Part shown: piece after piece, positions 39,893-54,544 of the stretch
Position numbering within the stretch: position 1 is the first letter of the stretch
Layout of the letters: each line of letters begins with the position of its first letter
NCBI GenBank assembly: GCA_964016885.1
Contig: OZ024743.1
Coordinates: 230,826,001-230,890,000 of the forward strand
Direction of reading: 5' to 3'
DNA: 64,000 nt
DNA from: Eledone cirrhosa
Lineage: Eukaryota
Translations under genes and position numbers: made by a program
Notes under the pieces: model-generated
Seen by the model: only the letters and a program-made list of their open reading frames with translations
Databases searched by the model: none
Told to the model about the DNA's origin: nothing

Positions 39893-40193
39893 CACTGCGT
39901 CATAATGTCGTAATGCAGACAGATATTATAAGGGCGCAACATTATATCTATGTATCTATCTAAAAAGAGAAATACTAAGAATTATAGAGAGATATCGCTA
40001 AATCACCTAAGGGCATTGAAAATTTGAAATATCTAAATCACCCTATGGCATTGAAAATTTGAAATTTCTTTTTCTCAAAATACTCATACGACCATAAGTA
40101 TTACATGTGTAAAGTTTGAAAACATCGGTTGGGTGTTTCTCGAGTTTTAGGATGTTAGTCAGACAGACAGACATTCTCTGTTTTAGATATATA
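39893..40193 (-). mobile_element. Short non-autonomous Helitron-like fragment
   Basis: tgtgtaaagtttgaaaacatcggtt...(acag)n...ttttagatatatag end resembles the end of 44721-45924. Confidence 0.4.
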
Positions 40194-40372
40194 GCTAATG
40201 AGCTACGATAATGGTGGTATGTAAACGCCTGTATTTCATTTAGGATTGCTCGTCAAGTCATCTGTGAAATTGTATTGTAGACGGGCAAAAACACACCATA
40301 GTCATATATAATTATTATACATAGGGTTTTCCTTTCAATCTCTGTACCATTGTCTTTCTGTCTCTGATTGTT

Positions 40373-40449
<77 letters not shown>

Positions 40450-40450
40450 G

Positions 40451-40489
<39 letters not shown>

Positions 40490-40490
40490 C

Positions 40491-40521
<31 letters not shown>

Positions 40522-40800
40522 CTTAGTTTTCACCTCAATCTCTCTCCCCAACACACCTTTTCTCTCTCTTTCTCTCCACCTCGCTCTCTTTTATTATATT
40601 ACCATGCATATATTGCATATTTTGAATCTTTGGTACTTTCTCTACAAATAATTTCTTCATCATCCTCACATCTTCATATCAACTTGTTTCTATTTCCTTC
40701 CGCATTTACACATGTATTTACATCACCAAGATGCATTGAATCTCACTTTCACTTGTTGCAAGTATATGTGTGTGGTCATAGAATTATGCATGTACACACA

Positions 40801-40844
<44 letters not shown>

Positions 40845-41207
40845 CGTGTGTATATATATTATATGTATATATCACTTTGTACCAGCGTAAATGCGCATGC
40901 TTATGCGGATGTGCAACTGTTCATAAGCATAAACACTGACATATATCCACGTGTAAGATATAATTTGTTTGCTTCTATATAGATTCTTCACATATCTTTT
41001 GATAATTCACAAGATAAGAGTGTAAATTGTATGACAAAAATATAGGAATGAATTTTTTTGAGAACCAAAAACAAAAGCAAGGTCTTTCAGATTTATAACA
41101 GAGTGGGGATAAAAATATTACAAAGAGTAATAATATTGATAGGTTAATGTTGATAACAAGCATAAATCTATTATATGGCTAAATAATCTCATAAATATAC
41201 AAATATA

Positions 41208-41264
<57 letters not shown>

Positions 41265-41265
41265 G

Positions 41266-41357
<92 letters not shown>

Positions 41358-41389
41358 AAAATAGAGGTGTAACACACGAGTTATGATAT

Positions 41390-41878
41390 ATTGGTAAAAG
41401 TAAAAGAAAATGCTGACAAATTTTTCCCAGTGAAAAATAGTTTATTTAGGAATAAGGAAAAATTAGTAATAGTATTGGTTAGTATTCAGTTTTGCTTTTA
41501 AGTTTTACCGGTTGCGCATTTCTAATGCTTTTCAAAAATAATTTTGAGATAGAGTGCCCGTGATATTTACTCTAATCTGATTAGTTTTGGAAATTCTACC
41601 TGTTTTATGTAAAAAAAGTGGCTCCAGATGTATGTAAAAATTCTTGTGGTCAAAACAATTTTGATTGGTCGGTAGAGGTCATGTGAATGTTAAAAATTGA
41701 TTTTGCGCCAAATGTTGATTTGACTCGGCTGATTGAGAAGTCAGTGAAAAATAAGTCTTTCAAGACAAATATGTGTGTGTGTGTGTGTGTAGTAGTAAAG
41801 AGGTTCGTTGTTGTGATAATGTTCAGCAGGGATGTGTGTGCGAAACGCAGCCTGTTGACATCCAAATGCCTATTAAGA

Positions 41879-41926
<48 letters not shown>

Positions 41927-44168
41927 TGTGTGTGTAGCAGAGTAATTTGTGGTAGAGGGATGGTCAGTAGGTCAGTAGGAATGTGTCTGTACGTGTGTGG
42001 GGGATATATTATCATGTTAAAAGATATTTTTCAGCTCCTGCCTTATACGGAGAAGTGTGTGTGTGTGTGTGTATATATGTCTCTTTGTATGTTAATGTAC
42101 GCGTGTGTGTCTGTGTGTATATAAGAGTGTGTGTGTGCGTATGTATGTGTGTGTGTGTGTGAGAATGTGTGTGTGTGGGTGGACCAGTATGTTTGTGATA
42201 CCGGTAAAAATGGTGTACATTATTCGATATTTTCAGTGAAAACGATTCTCTCAATAGAACATCAAACACCTTAATAATAAAAGATGTGAAATGATTTATA
42301 GTATTGGCATAATACCAAGGTGTGTGTGAGTGTGTCCAGATTGTACGTACTGCAAGGGGAATCCATTAGGCCTTGCCGTATTGGAATACTTGTGTACAAA
42401 TATGTATGTGCCCATCAGTGTGCAATGCATGTGTGCGTATATGTATGTGTGTGTATCGGCACGTTTATATCTATAGACATCAAAAGGTATGCAAATTTGT
42501 GTATATTTGTGTTGCACGATAGAACATGTGTGTTTACGTATGTCATTGTGTTTATATGTGGATAGAGATGTATGTAGGGTGTATGCTGATGTAGGTATGT
42601 ATGTTGACGTGTATATGTTGTGGGTTCGTCTTAGGGAGAAGTGTTTAGTCGGGGTCCGCATGTGTTAATAAAGTGAGATTCCTTGCTGATGCGCTGTGTG
42701 TGGGTGGCATTATCTTTAAATTTGTAGAGGGGAAAGATACTGAAGTTGGGATGATTTTGGGCGGCACAGGTATCAATGTGTTCACTCAGGGGTATTTTCC
42801 TGTATTCCCGTATTTTAATTTGGGATCTATGGACAGTCAGGCGTTGGCGGAGGCTGTTTTTGGTCTGGCCTATGTATCGTTCTCGACAACCTGAGCAAGT
42901 TAATACATATATTAGATTTTCTGATCCGCATGTGAAATTGTGTTTTACTATAAAACATTGTTCCTCTTTGAAATAGAATTCCGAAAACCTCTATTAGGTT
43001 GATGCATATGCCACAGTTGGGTCTATCGCATTTTTTTACTGTGGGTTTCGTTGTTGTGGTTGTCTGAACTTTGGCATGTGTTAGGATGTTTTTCATTGAC
43101 CTAGATTGTCTATTGCTCTTTATGATATCGTGTGTTCGTAGGATTTGGTTCATTCTATGGTCATTTTTCAACACAGGGATGTTCTGGAGGTATCAAAGGC
43201 CTCATTGTTGAGGGGGATGTGTGTGGAGATGTATGGAAGAGCTTTTAGTTTCGGTTGATTTACTTTAGGGTGTCTAAGGTTCTGAGTACTGAGTTTTAGG
43301 GCACGTTGGATTCCATTGTCAATTAGTGATGCAGGGTAATCCCTGCCTATGAGTCTGTCCTTTAGTTCTTGTAGCCGTAAGTAGCAGGTATTTTTATTGG
43401 AGACTATAGTACAGATTCTCTTGGCTAAGTTGTAGGGAATATTAATTTTAACGTGTCTAGGGTGGCAAGAGTTGAAAGGAAGATATTGCTTGGAGTCTGT
43501 GGGCTTGTAGTTTATGTCTGTTTCTATTTTTTTGTTATGGATCTTAATGAGGATGTCGAGGAAGGGGAGTTGTTGATGGCTGTATTCCATCGTGAAGTTA
43601 ATATTCGTGTTGAGCCCATTTATAAGAGTGTGAAATTCTTTAAGTTTCTCGATGTTTTCTTGCCAAAGGATGAAGCAGTCATCTAGATATCGCTTCCAGT
43701 TCCTTTCTATGTGTAAGTGGAGAGTGTTTCCAAATCTGTTTAGGACTTTAGTGTAGAGGGTGATTTCCAGGTATCCCATGACTAGGTTGGCATAAGTGGG
43801 GGATGTTTTCGTTCTCATAGCGGTCCCAGATTTCTGCCTGTAGGGATGTTATTGAAAACGAAGTAATTGTTCTCCAAGATAAATTATTTGTCCCTCTATC
43901 ACGAATTTTTTTTGATGCGTTGTGGGAGTTCATTGTGGTAATTATCCAGCCAGAATTGGATAGCTTCTATTCCTAGGTTGTGGGGATGTTGGAGTATAGG
44001 TTGACTACATCGAACGTCACTAGTAGGGTTTGTTCAGAAAGGGGCATATTAGGGAGGTGATTGAGCATATCTAGGTCGTCCCTTATATAGCTTTTGATGT
44101 GTTTGAGAAAAGGCTTGAGAAGGGTATCAATGAAGTTGCCAAGCGGTGAGTTTCGCAAGCGGGGCCTG
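41390..44168 (-). mobile_element. 5'-truncated Neptune-like PLE (RT + GIY-YIG, frameshifted)
   Basis: [84 protein letters not shown]. Confidence 0.92.
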
Positions 44169-44224
<56 letters not shown>

Positions 44225-44272
44225 ATATTTATATATATAATTATATAGATAGATAGATAGATATAATTATAT

Positions 44273-44397
<125 letters not shown>

Positions 44398-44398
44398 T

Positions 44399-44477
<79 letters not shown>

Positions 44478-44564
44478 GGAAAAATTTGAACAGGGACAAA
44501 ACAGAGAGGCAGTACAATAAATGTTTATTAATTTCACGCTCAGGAGAGTGGGGGGTAGGTGGGG

Positions 44565-44598
44565 GACGACGTTTCGGGTATAAGCCCTTCCTCAGGTG
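44565..44598 (-). ncRNA. Minimal hammerhead-like motif in a ~130 bp insert
   Basis: Minus: cac-CTGAGGA-aggg cttata ccc-GAAAC-GTC-gtc; stem I is only 2 bp. Confidence 0.5.
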
Positions 44599-44608
44599 AG
44601 AAGTGTAT

Positions 44609-44689
<81 letters not shown>

Positions 44690-44720
44690 CATATATATAG
44701 AAACATATTTATATATATAA

Positions 44721-45924
44721 CTTGCAGCAATACCCAGCGTTGCCTGGTTAGGTGAAATAATATCTGCTTTGATGAAAAGGTGTTGATCTTAGCGACTGCG
44801 AGTTTCTTGAAAATCGGTCGTAAGGTGTAGCAAAGGGCGAAATGTTGAGTGAAATCGTATGGAATATGTGGGGTGTGGAAAAAAATCGTATTTTGAAGAG
44901 TTAAACGTCTGCCATTCCGTCCCTGAACAAAAAATGCAAACTGTAAAGCTTCTATAAGATGTGTAATGATAGGTTCTATCGTAGTATAACAGTTAAACCA
45001 AATAAATTGATTTATGTGTGAGGTGGAGCTGCAGTTTCGAATTTGAACGAAATCGGTTGAAAAATGTGGGAACTAATGATAGGTCGCCGTCCCTGAACAA
45101 AAATTGCAAAGTTTAAAACTACTATAAGATGTGCAATGATAAGTTCTATCGTAGTATAAAAGTTGAAACAAATAAATAGATTTATGTGTGAGGTGGAGCC
45201 GAAGTTTCGAATTTGAACGGAATCAGTTGAAAAATGTGGGAGATAATAATAGATTCTATCGTAGTATATGTTGAACAAAATAAATTGATGTGTGAGATGG
45301 AGCCGAAGTTTCGAATTTGAACGAAATCGGTTGAAAAATGTGGGAGCGAGAGCCGAAATAGCGGGAATTTGAGCGAAAAGGTGGTATTTCCAAATATTTA
45401 AGAGGCTGCCACGCCGTTCCTGAACAAAAAGTCCAAAATGTAAAGCCACTTTAAGACGTGAAATAAGGAGATCTAGCGTAGTGTAAAAGTTGAACAAAGT
45501 AGGTTGATTAATGTGGGAGCTAGAGCCGAAAAAGTTTGACTCTAAAAGTGGTATTTTTGAAAATTTACGCGGCTGCCACGCCGTTCGTGAACAACAAATG
45601 CAAAATATAAATGAATTACAGGATGTGCAATGATCAATTCTATTTTGCTTTAAAATTTGAATGAAATCGGTGGCAAAATGTGGGTGCTAGAGCCAAAAAT
45701 CTTATTTTTCGATACCTAAAAAAAGGTGACCCCCCTATCGATGTTTATCTGCAGAATGACCCCGGAATGAAAAACGATACGTTGCTATATAGAAAGCACT
45801 CCCCGATGAATACTCTATGAGCCTGTAAAGTTTCATGAAAATCGGTCGTAAAATTTAGGCCCCTATAGGTAATACACAGACACACAGACACACACACACA
45901 TACTTAATTTTATATATATACAGA
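44721..45924 (-). mobile_element. Non-autonomous Helitron-like element with internal tandem subrepeats
   Basis: Minus strand starts TC after A (45924) and ends CAAG|T (CTAG-like) with a subterminal GC hairpin gcaacgctgggtattgc; internal repeats of gaaatcggttgaaaaatgtggg. Confidence 0.65.
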
Positions 45925-45929
45925 TAATT

Positions 45930-48900
45930 GGTACGGGGTAGAGAAGTCCCCTAAGTCCAGTAAGACAACTTCTCTAGTGCTGGTGGCACGAATAAAAGCA
46001 CTCAGTCCATGCTGTAAAATGGAGGGGTAAAAGGGCCCCGAGTCCAGTAAGACGATCTCTATAGTGCTGGTGGCACGAATAAAAGCACCCAGTCCATGCT
46101 GTAAAGTGGAGCTGGTGTTAGGAAGGGCATCCGACCAGTATATATACTACTGCCAAACACTATAGATAAAACGATTGAAATTTGCAACGACTGCGTAAAC
46201 AGCAATAACACTAACCATGTTAGGGCTGCACACGGTAGTGGGGTGGCTGGTGTGGCAATGTGCGAGAACTCCTCGACCGTCATCAAGCAATCGCACAAAA
46301 ACAACTGCGCAAACGACAATAACACTAACCATATTAGGGTTGCACACGGTAGTGGAGTGGCTAGTGAGGCCATGTGTGAGAACCCCACGACCGTCATCAA
46401 GCAATCGCACAACAGGAAAAAGAACGAGACGTCGCATCTCAGAGTTGCCACACATAATGTTGGCACTCTAACAGGTAGATCTGGTGAGATAGCGGAGATG
46501 CTGGAGAGAAGGCATGTGGATGTGTGCTGTGAGCAAGAGGTGAGATGGAGAGGTACCTCTGCAAGACTAATCACAGGCAAACATCGTAGTTATAAGCTTT
46601 TCTGGGTGGTTAATGATGATGGGTTAGGTAGGGTGGGCATATTACTGTTTGAGAGGTGGATCAATAAGACAATATAAGTACTTTGAGTTAGTGATAGAAT
46701 AATTAAGCTTAGATTAGTTGTAGGCAAGAGACTCCTCACAATAATCTCTGCCTATGCTCCACAGGCAGGCCTAGGTAAAGAAGAGAAAGAATGCTTTTAC
46801 GAGCAACTTTACAAACAGCCTCAATGATAGAGGACAGAGACATCGTTATGCTAGCAGGGGACTTCAATGGACATGTTGGACAGCTCCAGGATGGATACAC
46901 TGAGGTACATGGTGAGCACGGTTACGGCTCAAGAAATGAAGAAGGTGTGAGGCTTCTTGAATTTTGTGATGCAATTGCACTAACCATTTGCAACACTAAC
47001 TTCCAGAAACCTACCAACCACCTAATAACCCACAAATCAGGCTAGCACATAAGCCAGATTGTCTTCCTGCTAGTTAGATAGCGAGACAGACAGATGGTGT
47101 CAAATAATAAGACATGCCCTGGGGAAGAATGTACCCCACAGCATAGGTTAGTCGTTAGTGACATCTCAGTAAGTATGAGAATGAATGGGACATACATGAA
47201 GGTGTGGAAAAGAAAGGTCTGTAAGTTAAAAGACCTTTCATTAAAATATAAATTTAGCAAAGCCCTTCAAGGCGTGTATGACGAAAAATAAGACGATTTA
47301 GAGTTATATGACATAGATGATAACTGGAATTTCTTACGTGACAACGTACTGCAGGCTACTGAAGAAACTTGTGGTTGGGGTAGAGCTTCAACCAGACAGA
47401 GAGTGACCTGGTGGTGGAAAAACACGGTAGATAGGGCCATTAGAGACAAAAGACTGGCATGGAAGGCTTGGAAAAATGGTGGGAGTAGGGAAGGATACAC
47501 AGCTACTAGGAGAGAAGCTAGACGTCAGGTATACTTAGCACTGGGGGAGGCTGAGGGTAGGAGATTTGCCAATATTCTGCGACGGGAAGATCAGAGACGT
47601 GCGGTGTTCAGTATTGCAAGGCAGTGTGTCAGTGCAAATCAGGATGTTGTTGGAGATAAATGTGTCCGGAATGATGCCGGTGTACTTAGTGTCACGAATG
47701 ATCAAAAAAGGAGGCCTGAAAATGTCGCTATGAGAGACTGATGAATGTGGAGAATGAATGGGACAGAGAGAAATTACCCAACAGAGGGACCAGCTATTGA
47801 AATTGACGAATATAGGGCACAAGAGGCAATTAAAGAAATGAAGAATGGTAAGGCTTTTGGATCGTCGGGAATAGTTGCTGAGATGCTGAAGACATCAGGT
47901 GAAGTAAGCATTAAACTGGGTGCACGCATCATCAATCAAGTTATACATGGTGGTGTCATACCCAAAGACTGGTGCAGCAGTATTCTCATAAATTGTTACA
48001 AAGGTAAAGGGGATGCTCTAGAGAGGAGCAATTATAGGGTCATAAAGCTGATGGATCAGGTTATGAAATTGGCAAAGAGAATATTAACGTAGCTGTTAGT
48101 GAAAGGGTCAAATTAGATGATAATGCAGTTTGGTTTTGTGCCACGGAAAAGTACAACATATGCTCTCTTCTTAGTGAGGCAACTACAAGAGAGGTTCTTA
48201 GAGAATAATAAGCCAATATTATTCTCAGCTTTTGTTGACCTAGAGAAGGCCTTTGATAGGGTACTCCGATCTGTCATCTGGTGACCCCTAAGGTAACTAG
48301 GTGTAGAGGAATGGCTGGTGAGGGCAGTGCAAGCTATGTACAGGGGTGCGGTCAATAAAGTGAGAGTATGTATGGAGTTTCGTGACAAATTCCAGATACA
48401 AGTAGGTGAACATCAGGATTCGGTCCTCAGCCCGCTCTTGTTCATTATAGTCCTCCAAGCCATAACAGAGGAGTTTAAGACTGGATGCCCATGGGAACTT
48501 CTATATGCTGATGATCTGGTTCTTATAGCAGAATCAGTAGAGGAGCTAGAGAATAAATTCTGGCTATGGAAACAGCAGTTGGAATCAAGAGGACTGAGAG
48601 TGAACATAGCTAAAACTAAATTGTTGATAAATAGAAGAGAGGACAATACACCGATTCCATGAGGGAAATGGCCATGTTAGATATGTAGGAAAGGAACTGG
48701 CATAAATTCCATAAAATGTACCCAATGCAGATCTTGGGTACATAACATACGTTGTGGGATAGTAGACAAACTAACAGGTAGGGAAAACTACGTATGCAGT
48801 AGATGTACAGGGAAAGTTGGTAGTATTAATCGCAGTAATAGACACATTTTTCCAATGCAGGTGGGTTCTATAGAAATGGCTGATAGCTTCCGGTACCTAG

Positions 48901-49447
48901 GTGATCAGATTAGCATAGGATGCGGGTGTTCCGAGGCCATAGTATCTAGAATAAGGACGGGTTGGAAGAAGTTTATGGAGCTGCTTCCTTTGTTGACAAA
49001 GAAGGGTTTCTTCCTGCATACGAAAGGACGGTTATATGATGCTGTGTGAGATGCGCGATGCAGCATGGTAGTGAGACATGGGCGCCCACTGTAGAGGATA
49101 TGCGACGGCTGGAGAGAAATGAACAAGTAGGCTCAGCTGGATGTGCCATGTCAATGACAATGAACGACCAAGCATGAACGAGTTGAGAAAGAAACTGGTT
49201 ATAAGAGGGTTAAGTTGTGGTGTGCAGGAGATAAGGCTGAGATGGTATGGACATGTGAGCGCATGGAGGATGACAGCTGAGAAAAGAAGTGCCAAGAAAT
49301 CTCAGTAGAAGGAAGACATGGGCGGTGGTGGTGAGGGCAGACATCAAATCGCTGAAACTCACCGAGGAGACCGTGACAAGTGGAGAGATGCTGTGCTGAA
49401 TAGGACCCGTCCAACCCTTGCAAGCAGGCAAAAGCGGACGTAAAATG
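45930..49447 (+). mobile_element. Near full-length degenerate RTE-clade LINE
   Basis: EN: LRVATHNVGTL, VDVCCEQEVRWRG, ISAYAPQ, LAGDFNGHVG, RNEEGVRLLEFC; RT: YKGKGDALERSNYR, QFGF, FVDLEKAFD, QDSVLSPLLF, LLYADDLVL; 3' end joins (TA)n. Confidence 0.93.
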
Positions 49448-49465
49448 TATATATTATATATATAC

Positions 49466-49539
<74 letters not shown>

Positions 49540-49816
49540 ATATATATAAGGCCCGCTAAATAGGAGGGAGCATCAAGAAAGACAATTACAAGAAATCTAA
49601 AATGTATAAAAAAACGCTGTTTCCACACAAACGACAGAAAAGAATATCAGTCATGTTGTGGATCGTTTTACATTTGAAAGTCATTTATTCAGAATCTGAT
49701 TGAATATTTGCCAGCAAGCTGTTTTGTTACTCGATTTTGGACTTGTATCAATTGGCGAACGACGAAAATCGTCTGGCTGACGCAGTACATAACATAAACA
49801 TAAAAAAACATATGCT

Positions 49817-49902
<86 letters not shown>

Positions 49903-50361
49903 CACAACCATGCACATCTACATATATGTGTGTGTGTGTGTACGTGTGTATGTGTATAAGTGTATGTGTGTGAGTCGATATACCTGTGTATGTGTTTCCG
50001 TACGTAATATTTTACAATATGTAATACGTATTAACATATTTTTACCATAATTTCAGTATCCAACTTAACGTAGTTGCCCACAGCAGAATTTATTCTTTTA
50101 AAAATTATTGTATTTTCATCTAGATTTATTTTATGATGTATTTAATTACACTTACACATAAAGAAAATCATACCCATGCACACTGAACATACACACACAT
50201 ACACTCACACACACAAACATACACACACACATACATACACACACACAACACAACACACGCACATATATATATATTTACATATTAGTGTGCATATGTGTGT
50301 GTGTGTATTCATTTATGCTTACATGCTTGCATACGGAAATACATACATATACACGTACTCA

Positions 50362-51028
<667 letters not shown>

Positions 51029-51578
51029 ACATGCAAGCACATATATTAGCAAGTGGTGTGAGAAAAAGTAGCTTAAACCAAAACTGATCATTTTCATTAT
51101 ATATTTAGATATCTTCAACAAATTCGTCCTCAACATTTCTCGTTTCGGTGGCGGAGCAACTCACCTCGTTTTAAATAGAACTATTTTACCCCAACACCCA
51201 ATCACTGTCCTCTAATTAATTAATGTTCTTTATCGCCTTAGATGTATATTTACGTAAAATAGTGCTTCACATTTCAAAAGAGGGAAATGAGACATAGACA
51301 TGGCCAGGTGAAAAGATAACTATTCAAAGTTTTGCTCATGTTTGTTCTTCTTTCTTAACAACGTACGGTACTCAGCTATAAGCAGAATTAACAATTAGAA
51401 AAAAATTGCTTTGAGATACTTGTGAGTAAAGGCCAATTAAAAATCTGGGAATATCCTCGACCACCACATATTCTTTTTCTTCCACTTTACTGATTTCATA
51501 TTCCATATCTATATTCATTTATTCATATAATCCATGTATAAACACACACATACAAATCACCCTCTCTCTCCCCCTCTC

Positions 51579-51624
<46 letters not shown>

Positions 51625-51903
51625 TATATGTATGTAAAAACTAATCAGAAATAAGGCAAACGACATAATACCATGAAGGAATATATTTGATTAACGCTTG
51701 AAATCATTGAAAAAGAGTCGTAATGTTTCACACCCAAGGCCTTCATCAGAAGATAGAATGAGGAATAAAAGATGAAATAGAAAGATAGAGTGTGAGAAGA
51801 GAACGGAACGGAAAGAACATTCATATATTATACAGAATGGGAAGCAGGATAAAAAAGGCAAGACTTTCTGAAAATTGAAGAAGAATTTATTGATAGAAGA
51901 GAT

Positions 51904-52012
51904 TTACTTACGCGAGTTTCATAGCAGTTACATTACAGCCTGAAAGATCTAGATTGTAATATAATAAACTATAGTGCAATACACTTTTACCGTACACACA
52001 TCATCAGAGTAA
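51904..52012 (-). ncRNA. Type I hammerhead-like motif with long, poorly paired stem II
   Basis: Minus: ttact-CTGATGA-t...t-GAAA-ctcgc-GTA-agtaa. Confidence 0.6.
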
Positions 52013-53712
52013 CTGCTTAAAACTTAAGCTGGTGGAAGAAGATATTTGTTTAAAAATAGGAATTTATACATATATACACTTTTATTAAGCCATCACACAC
52101 GTATTCGTGGTAGCGCGTGTAAGGCACTATATATGTAAATTTGTACCAGACAGAATAGCAGTGTCGTTAGAATCTCGGATAGAATGCTTTGTGGTATTCG
52201 TTTCGGCTCACTGCTCTTTGAGTTCTAATCACACAGTGGTCAACTTTGCCATTCATCATTTCTTGGTCGATAAAAAAATGCCTGTCAAATACTAGAGTCT
52301 ATTTGTCTAATATATCCCTTTCTCACTTCCATTCTTTTACTCTCTCCAACTTTCTTTGGAAGAAATCTGTTGTATTCAAACCTGGAGAGCACATGAACTC
52401 CGCCAGGTTTTAAAATTCTATAGAATCGCAGTATGACACTACGGTGACTTTAGGAACCCATCGAGAGTTACGGGTCCATACATACGTACAAGGGGCTAAT
52501 TGGATGAGTGGAGAACCTGAAAATAGCCAATAGATTGTTTCTGAATCCACTGAAGATGCAGTAGGTGCAATAACTACCAACAAGTGTAGTTATAATTTTA
52601 GACAAGTCGTTAAAGAATGAGTGTGCATACACTGTGTTTGACCAATCAACGCTTGACGTGAAGTGAAGTAAGGCTTGTTAGAATATAGAACGGAAGGTAT
52701 ACGTAGGCGGGGAAAGTTGATTGATGCAAGTGAAAGAAAGACAGTGGTAAATAAAAAGGGAAATAGATAGAGTTATACATAAGCACATATCTCTCCTATC
52801 TTTATATCTTCGCATATTTTGTCGTAGCAATAAAATTCCTCTTAGGGACTGCGGCCATCTGTGCCAGAAAGGAGTTGACTCCATTATCTACAGACAGTTT
52901 ATCTCTGTCTACTACCTTTCTTATTTATAATTCTCTCTCTTTATGTTACTGCATAGATATATTTCATTCTCTCACTCCTTTTTTTCAGGTTACATATTTT
53001 TCATTAGTTCCTTTAAAATATTGTCAAAGATTGGATAATATCAATATATTTTTGGAGGACTATAGACCATGGACGCGAGAGTTTGACCGGTGACAAAAAC
53101 GTTTATCTCTCAAGGAATAACGAAAGACAAAATTAAAATTAGAGACGTTTCCATTCAGAATATAAAGGGAGGTAATTAAATATTGCAAGTCATTTTATAG
53201 GCTGCAAACTCACTCTTCGTGTTGACATATACATTTAAATAACTATTATTACAGGATACTTTATCGTATTCAATATTTAATCAACATATCTTCATTACAA
53301 TGACAGATGACTTTAATTAATAAACATTTACAAAGGAATTCGAAGAATTCTGTACCATTCTCGCGTTGTTGTCTGCAATTAAGACGTGAATCAAGCGATA
53401 GAACAGCTGCGTTTTTGACTCGAAAATATATTACGTACTGCCTTTGGCATTTGTTATACTGAATAAGGACAATGGCAGTTCATATGATTACATTAATTTC
53501 AGTTACTTTTAACAAGGAATACTTTTCGAAATGGTCGTATTCAGTTTCAACGCGATATTAAACTTTTGCATTATATGTTGTGATTCAGTAACTAAGAACA
53601 TTGCCTAATTTGCAATAGAGGCTTGTATATAACACATTAGCAATATTGTCAGATGTGTTGCCAGGTGGCATACTATAAATATCCGTTAAAGTTCCATTAA
53701 ATACTTGATATA

Positions 53713-53913
<201 letters not shown>

Positions 53914-53994
53914 GGATCAATCGACTTTCGTCGACTCGGACCAAGGAAACTGTTTTCGTCGGTCTTTCTAGTTGCTAGTACTATCTACCGGTCG

Positions 53995-54085
53995 CAACTC
54001 CAGGTAGTAGGAGCAACGTGAAATAAAGAGTCTTGCTCACGAACATAACGCCTCGCCCGCTCCAGGAATCGAACTCATATCCTCA
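53995..54085 (-). mobile_element. tRNA-derived SINE fragment
   Basis: Minus: B-box gagttcgattcc followed by gagcaagactctttatttcacgttgctcc. Confidence 0.6.
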
Positions 54086-54180
54086 TATATATATATCCCG
54101 TTAAGCTTGTAAGTAGCGATTCCTTGGTTTAACTTTAATCTGTTATTTGAATAAATACACACATACACACACACACACAC

Positions 54181-54368
<188 letters not shown>

Positions 54369-54544
54369 AACCAAAGAATCGCTACTTACACGGTTAACGG
54401 GATATATATATATATATATGTATACGGAAAAAATGAAACGAAATTTCATTTCTCACTCTTAGTACGGCTGTTACTCGAATATAAGTATGTATACGTACAT
54501 ACATATATGTATACAGACGTACAGTAGTATGTATATATATATAT

